Positions 48,572 through 59,936 of a DNA stretch of 64,000 bases are shown in pieces. Each line of letters opens with the position of its first letter. Positions within the stretch are counted from its first letter, which is position 1. The notes under the pieces are model-generated. The model had not been told where the DNA came from and did not search any database. It saw only the letters and a list, made by a program, of their open reading frames with translations. The translations under genes were made by a program, and so were the position numbers. This DNA comes from Malacoraja senta (taxonomy: Eukaryota), in NCBI GenBank assembly GCA_038087875.1, contig JAXLNO010000656.1, positions 1-64,000 on the forward strand, given 5' to 3'.

Positions 48572-49540
48572 ATGGAAGAGGAAGGCCTAACTGAGACCTC
48601 GACCTCAGTTACAATGACGGCCCAGGAAGACCCTCCGAAGAAATCAAAGCAGCAAAAGTCTGAAATGGATGATCTTAAAACTTTTCTCGCTGCTGAATTG
48701 AAAACCTTTGGAGAGAATTTTAAAGAGGAACTTTACTCTTTTAAGGTAGATTTTAAAGCAGAAATGCTTTCTACCGTTCAAGAAATACTGGAAGTCTGGA
48801 AGAGGTTGAGGGAGGAAGAGGTCAAGGAACAGATGGAAGTGCTGGAAGCCAGGCTCGTTTCGGTGGAAGCGAACGTTAAAATGGAGGTGGCCCCCATTCA
48901 TCAAGCACTCGAACAACATAGAACAGCGATAACCGAACTTGAGAAATGGGCGGCGACAAGTGAGGAAACTGTAGGTCGACTCCTTATTGAAAACCAACGC
49001 CTCTCCGGTATGGTGATCAAATTAAGTGATAAATGTACCGATTTGGAGGGGCGTCAAAGACGTAAGAATCTAAGAATTGTAGGGGTGAAAGAAGGAAGTG
49101 AGAGGGAAATGGGCCCTCGGGATTTTGTGGCAGACCTACTACAAAAAGCCTTAAAATTGGATCAAAAACCTTCACTCGGTCGAGCTCATAGAGCGCAGCG
49201 GCGTCGTACACAAGATGATGCCCATCCAAGACAAATTATCGTAAAGGTGCAACTGGATCATGAATTTGACGATATAATGAAGAAAATCGTCCGAAGCGGA
49301 CAGCTCTATTTTGAAGGTGTGAGGTTCAGTATTTGCCGAGATTATCCGGCAGAGGTCTTCAAGAAAAGGGCGCTGTTCACTGAGACAAAAAGAATACTGA
49401 AGAATGTACCTGATTTGAGATACGGCCTGCTTTACCCCGCAAGACTAAGAGTCACCTACAAGAACAAGGAGCAATTTTTTACAGACCACGAAAAAGCACT
49501 GGAATATGCCAAAGAAATCGGGAACGTGACCACAGACTGA
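48572..49540 (+). CDS. L1 ORF1p (coiled coil plus RRM/CTD), open reading frame of 322 aa
   Basis: DLEGRQRRKNLRIVGVKEG, RAHR, PRQIIVK and YGLLYPARLRV are L1 ORF1 hallmarks. The true start may be the ATG at 48510, across a homopolymer frameshift. Confidence 0.9.
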   Translation: MEEEGLTETSTSVTMTAQEDPPKKSKQQKSEMDDLKTFLAAELKTFGENFKEELYSFKVDFKAEMLSTVQEILEVWKRLREEEVKEQMEVLEARLVSVEANVKMEVAPIHQALEQHRTAITELEKWAATSEETVGRLLIENQRLSGMVIKLSDKCTDLEGRQRRKNLRIVGVKEGSEREMGPRDFVADLLQKALKLDQKPSLGRAHRAQRRRTQDDAHPRQIIVKVQLDHEFDDIMKKIVRSGQLYFEGVRFSICRDYPAEVFKKRALFTETKRILKNVPDLRYGLLYPARLRVTYKNKEQFFTDHEKALEYAKEIGNVTTD

Positions 49541-50543
49541 AGAATTTACATTACTCCTCAGGAGTCAAGGATTAACGGGACCGCCAGATCTAAAAGGACC
49601 TTTAAAGTTCTTTTAAGAGCTTTAAGGACATTCGAAAACCGAATGGACGGTGGACATTGGAGAAAACCGTGGTTTTTTAATTTTTTTTAATTTTTATTAA
49701 TCACTATTATTATCTGTATACTCATATCTAACTATATATGTAACAACTAATACTTATTAAATATCTATATTACTACTAAAATTATTAACATTTATATTAC
49801 TCATAAAAATTTAATACTGGGTATGATTGATAACAATGATTAATAATTAACAGTCTTTGGTTAACGTGGAAATGAATTACATACTTATATTATATAGGAA
49901 GATATGCAAGAGGTAATTCAGCCTACGTCATAATAAGTTTTGACGGTTTTTCTCTTTATTTTTCAATTTAAAATTAAATTTATAGATTTAGCGAAGATAT
50001 TAATATGATATGTAGAGAATAATAACGTTGTGAATTTATGCTGTTCTCAGACTTTTCTGCAGGGATGCGTGCTTATGTATGTATGCATATGGGTATACAT
50101 ATATATATATATATATGTGTATATGTGTATGTATGTGTGTACGTATGTATGGGTATGTATATATGTTTGTTACTCCCAAAGAAGCTATTTGATTGTTAGA
50201 AATAATCTTTTTTTTTTTTTTCGGGCACGGAGCTGGGATTTTTTTTTTACAAAGGCTACGGAAGTCTTTAGAATTCTAGCCACGTTAGTGTGGCTATCAC
50301 TAACTACACTAATTGTAGATGTAGTTTTTTTTCTTTCACCCTATGCTAACCAATTCTATCACTTTTTTCACTTTAAATATTTTTATAACTTAATGTTTGA
50401 ATGGAAAAACAAGACTAATACAAGGAGATGTGTTCGGAAGAGCGATGTATATGATTTTAAATTCATCTATTTGAGGTTCGGGAGCAGGGTCAGGTTTTAT
50501 GTGTTGCACTTTCTGCTCGGTTATAGACCACCTTAGAAACAAT

Positions 50544-53500
50544 ATGCAAGATGTTAATATGACAAGAGGGGGTCAGGGAATAACATTTTGTAGTTGGAAT
50601 GTCAATGGAATCAATGAACCAATTAAGAGAGGTAAAGTTTTGGCACATCTAAATTTAATCAAAGATATAATATTCCTTCAAGAAACACACCTTAAAAAGG
50701 AATCTCAACATAGACTTAAAGCTAAGTGGATCGCTGAATCATATCATTCCTCTTTTTCCCCATAAGTCCAGAGGAGTTGCAATATTAATTCGTAAAGGAA
50801 TACCTTTTACGAATTCATCAACAATAGCGGATATTGATGGTAGATATATTATATTAGTTGGAGAGTTAAATGGAGAAAAAGTGATTCTTCTTAATGTATA
50901 TGGGCCTAATTTTGATAACCCTATGTTTTTTAATAAAACATTTAATAAAATTCCTGAATTTACACAATATAAATTAATAATTGGAGGAGACTTCAATTGT
51001 ACATTAGATTCATACTTAGATGGATCATCAAGGCAAAAAAAAGTAAAATCTCAATCAAGTGTATTTCTAAATTCATTTATTAATACCACTAATATTAAGG
51101 ATGTCTGGAGAATAGAAAATCCAACTGGACGTGAATATTCATTTTACTCACCAGTACACAAAACATACTCAAGAATAGATTATTTTTTAGTTGACTCCAC
51201 GTTTATCCCATTTACTTATAACTCAAAATACCATAATATTATAATCTCAGATCACGCACCTGTAACATTCATGATTAAATTAAATGGAATGTCCGAGAAA
51301 CAAACATATTGGAGATTTAACCCACAAATTTTGAACGAAAGATCATGCCAGGAATATATTATTAAACAGATTTAAATATTTTTTGAGGTAAATGACAACC
51401 ATGACACACCTACTTCTCTTATGTGGGAAACGTTTAAAGCGTTTGTTCGAGGTGCATTAATTTCTGCTCAAGTATTTTATAATAAAGAGAACAGGATTAA
51501 ACAACAAACATTGGAAAGCGAAATCAAGCATCTAGATATAGAAAATGCGAGAATGCCATCTATTTTAAAACATAATAAAATTGCTGTATTGAAATATAAA
51601 TTAAATAAAATGTATTCAGAACAAGTAATAAAACTTTATCAAAAAACCAAACAATTACATTTTGAATTTGGAGACAAACCACAAAAACTATTAGCACGTC
51701 AGTTACGAAAAATGGAAGGGGAAAAAATAATTCATAAAATTAGAACAGAGACAGGAGAATTATTAAAAATGCCCAAGGACAATACCCAAAGCAGAATGGA
51801 TTATCTTCGGTATAACGGAAGATGGTCCAGAATTAAATGTGTTTCAAAAGAAACTAATGGACTATGGGTTAATAACTGGAAAAAAGCTAATTCTAAAATT
51901 TTGGAAGAAGGCTCCAATACCAACTATAAATATGTGGATTTCAAATATGTTTGAAACATTACACCTAGAAGAGATAAGACTCCTCCTAGCAGGTAAACCA
52001 GATAATTTCCACCTGACGTGGTCTGCATTTATAGAATTATTACAAACATAAGGTGCAAAAGTACTTTTAAAAAAAAAAAAAAAATTGAGCTCAGGTAAGG
52101 GGGGATGATAGTTGAAGAGTTGGTATGTCCATTTTGCGTAATGCTCATAAAAATATTTGTTTCTCTCTTTTTCCTCTTTCTCTCTTTCTTTTTTTCCTAG
52201 GGTCTATTCCTTAACTCTTTTTCTTTTGTTTTTAATTTTGCTCTTATGGGGTCTTTGTCCTTTTTTGTTGTCACATTTCCTACACTTCCACTTTTTCCTT
52301 CACTTTCTTCTTTCTTTCAATCTTTTCCTTTTCTAGTGTAAAAAATAAATGGAGTACATTAATTGTAAGAAGATATAAATGACAAGTACTAATGTATGTG
52401 GTTGTAATGTAATGTACTTCTAATAAAATACAAATAAAAAATAAATAAAAAAAATGCCCAAGGACATAAATGAAAGATTTCTCCAATACTATCATATCCT
52501 TTATTCAACTAAAACTGTAGCACAATCAGAAGGAATAGCAGATTTTTTACTAAAATGTAATTTAAAAGGTTTAGATTCAAATGATAGAGAATTATTAGAA
52601 AGGGAGATTACGATAAAGGATATTGAGGAGTCTATTGGCTCTTTAAAAAATGGTAAAGCAGTAGGACCAGATGGTTTAGGCTCTGAATTTTACAAAAAAA
52701 TTTATGACTTGCTCTGCCCACGTTTACAAAGGCTGTATGAGCATATCTATACTCAACAGAAACTTCCAGATACTCTAAATGAATCTATAATAACACTTAT
52801 TCCTAAAGCTGATAAAGATCCGGAAGATCCGGGATCATATAGAGCAATTGCGCTTTTAAATACAGATCAGAAAATATTAACTAAAATACTAGCGCATAGA
52901 TTAAGTACAGTGATGAATAAATTAATACACCCTGACCAAACAGGCTTTATTCAGAAACGGTACTCATATTATAATCTAAGAAGATTATTTAATATTATTT
53001 ATTCTAAGAGAATTATTAATGAAGATCTAGCAATAATCTCACTTGACGCTGAAAAAGCATTTGATCAGGTTGAATGGTCTTATTTATTTTCGGTGATGGA
53101 AAATATGCAGCTAGGGGAGAAATTCTGCACATGGATAAAACTGTTATATACAAATCCTACGGCTAGAATATTAACAAACCAAAGGTTGTCATCTAAATTC
53201 AGCCTATCTAGAGGTTGTAGACAAGGATGCCCGTTATCTCCATTATTATTTGCGCTTGCTATTGAGCCACTCACAGAAAGAGTTAGGGGTCATCCGGAAA
53301 TATATGGGTATATCACAAAGGACACAGTGAATAAAATTTGTCTATACGCAGATGATGTACTAATTTACATTACAAAACCAGAAATTAGTATTCCAAACTT
53401 ATTAGACCTAATAACCCAATTTGGTTCACTCTCAGGATACAGAATAAATTGGAATAAAAGTGAAATTATGCCAATAAGGGAACATAACAAACAGATAATA

Positions 53501-55043
53501 CAACAATTTCCATTTAAAATAGTAAATGAAAAATTTAAATACCTAGGTATTTATGTAACTAAGATATATACATCATTATTTAAAGCAAATTTTCCCCCAT
53601 TACTGAACAAACTACATAAGAATATTCAATACTGGAAAACACTTCCTATCTCAATGGTTGGCAAAATTAATGCCATAAAAATGATTTTTTTTACCGCAAA
53701 TATTATACCTTTTTCAGACAATTCCGATATATTTGTCAAAAAACTTTTTTTTTAAATTGGACTCCATTGTTAATGATTTTATCTGGGATTATAAGAATCA
53801 TAGGATAAACAAAAGACATTTGTGTAAATCAAAAATAAATGGAGGCTTGGTTTTACCCAACTTTCTGTTTTATTTTTGGGCAGTTAATATTAAAAATATG
53901 AATTTCTGGTTGGAAGAAATAGATCAACAACCAGATTGGTTAAAAATGGAAAAGGAAGATTGTTTGCCTTTTGATATCGGTTCGATATTATTTGCTACAT
54001 CTAAATTAAACAAAAAAATTTATAGGGAAAACCCTATAATATTTAGTGCCATACGAATTTGGAAACAATTAAAAAAGACATTAAAATTAGATAATTTATC
54101 ACTTTTTCTCCCAATTGTGAATAACCCTTTGTTTAAGCCCTCATGGTTGGACAGGGGTTTTACACAATGGAAGAATTATGGAATTAAAAATATGGGACAA
54201 CTTTATAAGGAAGGCACTTTTCTGACATTTCAGGAGTTGCAACAGACTTATGGACTCCGAGGAAATGATTATTTTAGATATCTTCAACTCAGAGATTATG
54301 TAAAATCGAATACTCAAAATTTTCGAATTAGAAATTCAGAAATTCTTGACGAATGTTGGAATAAACATCCTAATACAGAAAAATTAATATCTTATATATA
54401 TAATATCTTATTAGACAGTGACATTCCATCGACGGACTTACACAGACAAACATGGGAAAAAGAATTAAATCAAATAATAACGAAAGATACTTGGGAAGAA
54501 AGTTTACAACACATACATCACTGTTCATTAAATGCCAGACATTCTTTAATACAATTTAAAGTAATACATAGGTTACATTATTCAAAAACAAAATTACATA
54601 AAATCTTTCAACATATCTCACCTATATGTGATAAATGTCAACATTTAGAAGCTACCTTATCTCATATGTTTGCAAACTGTATAAAATTAAAAAAATTCTG
54701 GGTAAATATTTTTAGTATAATATCTAAAGTGACCAGCACACAATTGGACCCGGATCCAAAATTAATAATACTCGGAACATTAGAATTAAATCAAACATTT
54801 ACAACAACACAAAGAAACTTTATTGATTATAGTATAATAACAGGAAAAAAATTAATTCTAAAATTTTGGAAAGGCCCTACGTCCCCCACAATCAAAATGT
54901 GGATTATAGAAATGACGGAGACCTTAAACGTGGAAAGAATCAGATTTTCCCTGTTGGACAAACAGGAATTATTCGTTGGAACATGGTCTCCCTTTATTGA
55001 TTATTTAAAGGGTCAGAATGGTTCAGCACAGGAACCTGACTAA
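50544..55043 (+). pseudogene. L1 ORF2 (APE endonuclease, RT, CCHC), disrupted
   Basis: EN: SWNVNG, FLQETH, GGDFN, SRIDY, SDHAP. RT: LDAEKAFD, GCRQGCPLSP, YADD. Zinc knuckle: CDKC..H...C. Breaks: frameshift ~50757, stop 51373, nested insertion, frameshift ~53688. Confidence 0.93.
51782..52449 (+). mobile_element. 5'-truncated L1 of a different family nested in ORF2, with 17-bp TSD
   Basis: TSD AAAAATGCCCAAGGACA at 51765-51781 and 52450-52466. Removal restores ...ELLKMPKD-INERFLQY. Confidence 0.95.
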
Positions 55044-55840
55044 TACTCGGGCTAAAGAATGGATGAAATGCTATACTCTGAAATGTACGAATATATCTCG
55101 AATGAAGTTTTTTATTTTAATAAATTTTTCCATTCTTCTTTAACCATCTTTCTCTTTTTTTTTTCTTTTTTTTTTCTTTTTTCTTTTTCTTTGTTTTTTC
55201 TTTCTCTTTTTCTTCTCTCTCTTTTCTTTCTTTACTTCATCTATCTTTTTAGTTCTATCTAGTTAAAAAAAAAAAAAGACAAAAGGTATTGGAGACAATG
55301 TAATAATAATTGATAATATTATCAATTTAAAAATGTAAGACTGTAATGATGTTAATAGGTTGTGTACTTTTCTCCAATAAAAAATATTTTCAAAAAAAAA
55401 AAAAAAAAGAACTTTACTTAAACAGAAAATAATGGAAAGTCTCAGCAGGTGCATAAACATCTTGATGAGACATCCAGGTTAATATTTATAAAACCTCAGT
55501 GCTATGCACAATTTGCGAGGTTTTCTTTTCTGATGCTTGCAGTGAATTTTTCACATTGCGGCAGGTTTTGCAGTATGTGCTTTGGTTCGCTGCAGACTTT
55601 GCTTTAAAACAATGTAATGTAAACTTACCTCAGATGCTCCTATCAGTGAAAGCTTGCAGAAATTCAAACGGACCTTCCACATCACATGGGGAAATTGTGG
55701 GGCAGCAAAACAAATCCTGTTAACAAAATGAATAAAATAAATTGACCAATGCACCAAGATTTTGATTTTAGTGAATACTTTGAGTCATTTAGAAACATTC
55801 TTGTTCTCCAGAGATGTTGTCTGACCTGCTGAGATACTCT

Positions 55841-55968
55841 GTTTAAGAAGGAACTGCAGATGCTGGAAAATTGAAAGTAGACAAAAATGCTGGAGAAACT
55901 CAGCGGGTTTTGCAGCATCTATGGAGCGAAGGAAATAGGCGACGTTCGGGTCTAAATCCTTCTTCAGA
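55841..55968 (-). mobile_element. Solo Penelope pLTR unit with 15-bp TSD, inserted in an older pLTR remnant
   Basis: TSD CTGCTGAGATACTCT at 55826-55840 and 55969-55983. The unit runs from TCTGAAGAAGG to CAGTTCCTTCTTAAAC. Confidence 0.8.
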
Positions 55969-56039
55969 CTGCTGAGATACTCTAGTACTGTGTATTTTCA
56001 TTAGCTTCGAAACTCCTTCCACTCACCTGAAACTCATTT

Positions 56040-56455
56040 ACTCTTGTTATTGAACTCCGACCATGAGAATAAGGTTCTGAATGTCTACCCTTATAACCTC
56101 TTATAATTTTATCCTCCTTGGGTCACTACTTAGCCTCCCTGGCTCCAGGGAATTAAACAGTATATATTCAGTCTCTCCTTGTAAACTAAAACCTTTCAAG
56201 CTTTAAAACTAGAACTCTTCTGCACTCTCTCCAGTGTAACCACATCCTTCCTACAATGTGACAACCGGAACTGCATACTAATCTGCAAGTGTGGTCCAAC
56301 TAATGTTTAGTAAAGTTGCTGCATAATGTCTCAAAATTTATATTCTATACTCTGACCTATAAAGCCTTATGCCGCCTTCAGAATGCCATGCACCTGTGGT
56401 GTCACTTTTTAGGAAACTACGGACCTGAACCCAGGGTCCCTCTGTTCATCAACAT
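56040..56455 (-). mobile_element. Degenerate CR1 fragment
   Basis: CTCTTCTGCACTCTCTCCAG...CACATCCTTCCTACAATGTGACAACCGGAACTGCATAC is antisense CR1 sequence. Confidence 0.65.
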
Positions 56456-56534
56456 TCCTTTGCACCTGACCAATATAATCCCAAACTGCACAACCTTCCT
56501 TGGGATTAACCATACTGTCATCCTCTATTGTTGT

Positions 56535-56860
56535 GGAGATGAAAGGATGGACAGGAAATTATTCAAGGACATTCTCAAAGCCTCTTTGAAGAAATCTACA
56601 ATTCTCACTGATTCCAGACAATCTGTGGCCCACGATGACTCCAGGTGGAGAAGGAACTTTCTAGCTGCTACCTGGTGTTGAGAACACTGAGGCCATGCAT
56701 TGGGAACACACAGAGAACCTGTGTAAGTGGCAGATGGAGAAAACTGCCTCACAAACTACTTGCCATCAGCCGCCTCCTGCCCCATTTGGTGGAATAGTCT
56801 GTGGTTCACACTTTGGCCTATTAGCTACTTCAGAATCAGATTGAAGCAACTCATCCTTGA
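56535..56860 (+). mobile_element. Degenerate RTE-clade LINE 3' fragment
   Basis: RKLFKDILKASLKKSTILTDSRQSVAHDDSRWRR resembles the RTE/BovB ORF C-terminus. Confidence 0.6.
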
Positions 56861-57244
56861 TCTGAGGCACCGCCAAACAGTCACAGTAAAAGATCCAGTT
56901 GCATTTTTTGTGATGAAGAACTACAGTAGAATTCTTAGATTTTGGCAATATTTATTCCTCGACCAAGGTCGCTTAAAACAAGATTATCAGGTCATCATTA
57001 CATGCTTGCTTATGAGGTCTTGTTGCACATTGGGAATATGATTTCCTACCTGAGGGACAAGAAGGTGCTTTGAAGCATTCTATAAAAGTCTCAAATTAAA
57101 TCCAGTCTGTCTTACAGTCTATGTCACATTTTAATTATATTTAGGGTTTCATTTCTTTTTCATTTATGTGCTTTTTGATGGACTAAAAAAAATTATCAAA
57201 ATGATATAGAAGAATTTAAGAGTTTCACAAAAGGTTCTAAAACC

Positions 57245-57650
57245 GTAAAACATTGGAGCAGAATTCGGCCATTCGGCCCACTGAGTCTACTCCGCCATTT
57301 GATCATGGCTGTTCTATTTTTCCCTCTCAATCCCATTCTCCTGCCTTCTACCGGTAGCCTTTGACAGCCTAAAACCCCGGTCTCATGGTGCGAGTCCACC
57401 CACGAGTTAAAAACAAATCACGTAGAATTAACGTAGCGGGAACGTCGGAACTCGTGGACGTAACTTAGCGACTCGTAACGCTAATGGCAGGTACTCGGGA
57501 AACTTGTTAATTCGTGAAAAATTTTCATCATGTTGAAAAATTTCCACGAGTCAAATTTACTCTTGAAGGAAAAATGTGAAACTTTTAAACTCGTTGTAAT
57601 ACCGTAGTAGCCCATGAGTTTACCGTAGTGACTCGTGAGTAACTCATGGG
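57245..57650. mobile_element. CR1 tail (-, 57245-57370) abutting a truncated Harbinger-type MITE (~57373-57650)
   Basis: TAA|AACCCCGGTCTCATGGTGCGAGT left end; internal AAAATTTTCATCATGTTGAAAAATTT palindrome and ACTCGTGAGT repeats as in 8583-8891; no right TIR. Confidence 0.6.
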
Positions 57651-58714
57651 TTTGGCCTGAGTGCCAGAAGTGAAATGTTGAAGATTAGTCAGATCTTAAT
57701 GGAAAATTTTCAGTAAGGAGCAAAAAGCACTCACCGGGAATCTGAGAAACAGTGGCAAAAAGAATGAACCATGCAGTGTGGGGAAAGCCGCATTGCGAGA
57801 GTTAATTAGTTCCCTTCAGAACTTTAACTTTTCACATTGAAACGGTACCATGAATCCTTGTTAGATTAATGCACTTTTTATGGAGAAGCAGATATATGGG
57901 ACAGGTGTCCCGTCTCAGGATTTATATCCGACAAATTTTATGCGTTTATACAGGGGATTTTCTCAGGCATCACTTTCCACCCAGTCTGTCCGCGTTAAGG
58001 AGGCTTTCAGTTGTGAGCCCAGACTGTAGCCACTTGTGAAGTACACTTGATGCCCTGATGGTGAATCATTTCCTTTCAAGTGACAAGGTGCCTCCTAGCT
58101 TTTCAAGGTGTGTAGGATATCCGTTGGTTCACACATCACCCAGCCTGCAGTCCTAGCCCACCACAGTTCCAGGGAGGCCCCTTGAAGCCGGCTGGTTGGT
58201 CTGTCTTGTGTTCGCAAGCCCATTGCACGCAGCACCTGAAATTACTGCCGGGGTCCACTCCACTTGGCTTCCTCAAGTAACCAGTAAATTACTATTAAAC
58301 CTTGACATGCTTTACATAGTGACATATTCTAACATCCATGCAAATTGTGAAGATTGCGTAATGAAACAAATAATTGAACTACCACAGGTACAAGACCCAT
58401 TGATCAAACAGTGCTTCAGCAGTGAAATACAAGAAGGGTTGGTAAACAATAATTTTCAAAGTGATTTCTTTCAAAAGAAGCCATCAAGAAATAATGCGAG
58501 GGAAAGAAGGGGTGGGAGGATGGGGTGGGGGGAGAAGGGGAAGCATACATGGGTGAGCTGCACACTTTCCCCTCTGTGGTTGACAGCAGCTTCAGAGCCT
58601 TACTGAAAGTGGCTGGAGCTGGTGGCACCAGTAACCGTGTGGAAAATTACCTCATTGTTTTTCTGGCTTCAGCAGCGTGGATGCGGTATGGATCCTGCAG
58701 TTGATTTGCCTGGG

Positions 58715-59070
58715 AATGGTGGTGCAGAAGATTGCACATGGTTCTCTCACAGCTCCAGCGATCAAAAGGTTCGATCCTGACCTCCGGTGGTGTCAGGGTT
58801 ACACCTTTTCCCTGTGACCAAGCGGGATTCCCCCGGCCGCTCTGGTTTCCTCCCACATCCCCAAAGAACGTAGGTTAATCTGCCGCTGTAAATTACATGT
58901 AAATTACTCACCGACACATGTAAAATGTGTCGGTGAGTAATGGAATCTGGGACAGTTGACGAGCATGTGAGAGAGAATAAATTACAGGGAAATGAATGGG
59001 GAATGTGATTGATGGGATTGCTGTCAGAGCTGGCATCGCCTTGACGGGCCAAATGGCCTCCTTCCATGTT
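58715..59070 (+). mobile_element. Degenerate V-SINE-like element
   Basis: GGTTCGATCCTGACCTCCGG...CTCTGGTTTCCTCCCACATCCCCAAAG...GGGCCAAATGGCCTCCTTCC. Confidence 0.7.
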
Positions 59071-59684
59071 GAAAGAATGATAAACCAGAAAGTCAGCTCT
59101 CTGCCGTTGATTTACGGGATATTCATGAAATATCATGCGCCGGCCGATAGCTTTTGGAGAGTTCATGATGTAATGCAATGATGTAACCAGTTGTAATTAT
59201 GGTACCAATTATGGTATCTACACCGGATGATAGTCTACCGTACAATATAGGAAAATATTCTCATATTTACAATTAAGGGCCAATTGTATTCGGGTTTTTA
59301 ATACAAATTCAGTTTACTCGAGTTTAAATTAAAACTTGGGCCAGGCGCTGGGAAACTCTGGGCCGCCACTGCTGAAGAGAACATCTGAGCTTTGTCTTTC
59401 ATTCAGAGGTTCGCGGGCGGGCTGGGATGACTGTAGGGCTCTGAAAACTTTGTTTCCCAGGGCTGGGGTGAGTGTGAAAGGGGTGGTTTCTGGGCAGATC
59501 TGTCCAATCAGCAATGTTTTGAGCCGCTGCTTCATAGAGAGACACACACTGCTATCACTCTGGTCGACGGACCTTGCTGTCGGGGGGGAAAAAATAACGT
59601 TAATGTTCAATTTACCTAATCGTTTTGTTAGAAGTTTACCAACGTTTTGATGAGAGATGAATTAAGGGAATAAAACAATCTTAC

Positions 59685-59882
59685 TAGACACAAAAAGCTG
59701 GAGTAACTCAGCTAAGCCGGCAGCATCTCTGGAGAGAAGGGTCGAAATATTTTTTCAGTCTGAAGAAGGGACACGACCAGAAACGTCACCCATTCCTTCT
59801 CTCCAGAAATGCTGCATGTCCCGCTGAGTTACTCCAGCATTTTGTGTCTATCTTCGGTGTAAAGCAGCATCTGCAGTTCCTC
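59685..59882. mobile_element. Inverted Penelope pLTR pair with hammerhead-like core at the axis
   Basis: TAGACACAAAAAGCTGGAGTAACTCAGC...TTCAGTCTGAAGAAGGGACACGACCAGAAACGTC...GCTGAGTTACTCCAGCATTTTGTGTCTA. Confidence 0.8.
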
Positions 59883-59936
59883 CCGACAAAAAAAACAGCC
59901 TATGATTGATGCCAGACCTTGAACAAATGCAGTTCA

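Larger units (their letters stand above)
48356..55406 (+). mobile_element. Full-length L1-clade LINE (5'UTR, ORF1, ~1-kb spacer, ORF2, 3'UTR, poly-A) with 14-bp TSD
   Basis: TSD AAGAACTTTACTTA at 48342-48355 and 55407-55420; 5' end GACTTCCGGTGGCG; AATAAA followed by an A-tail. Confidence 0.96.

Noticed and set aside
58196..58606. 136-aa ORF as a novel gene
   Set aside because: Non-ATG start, no recognisable domain and no supporting exon structure.
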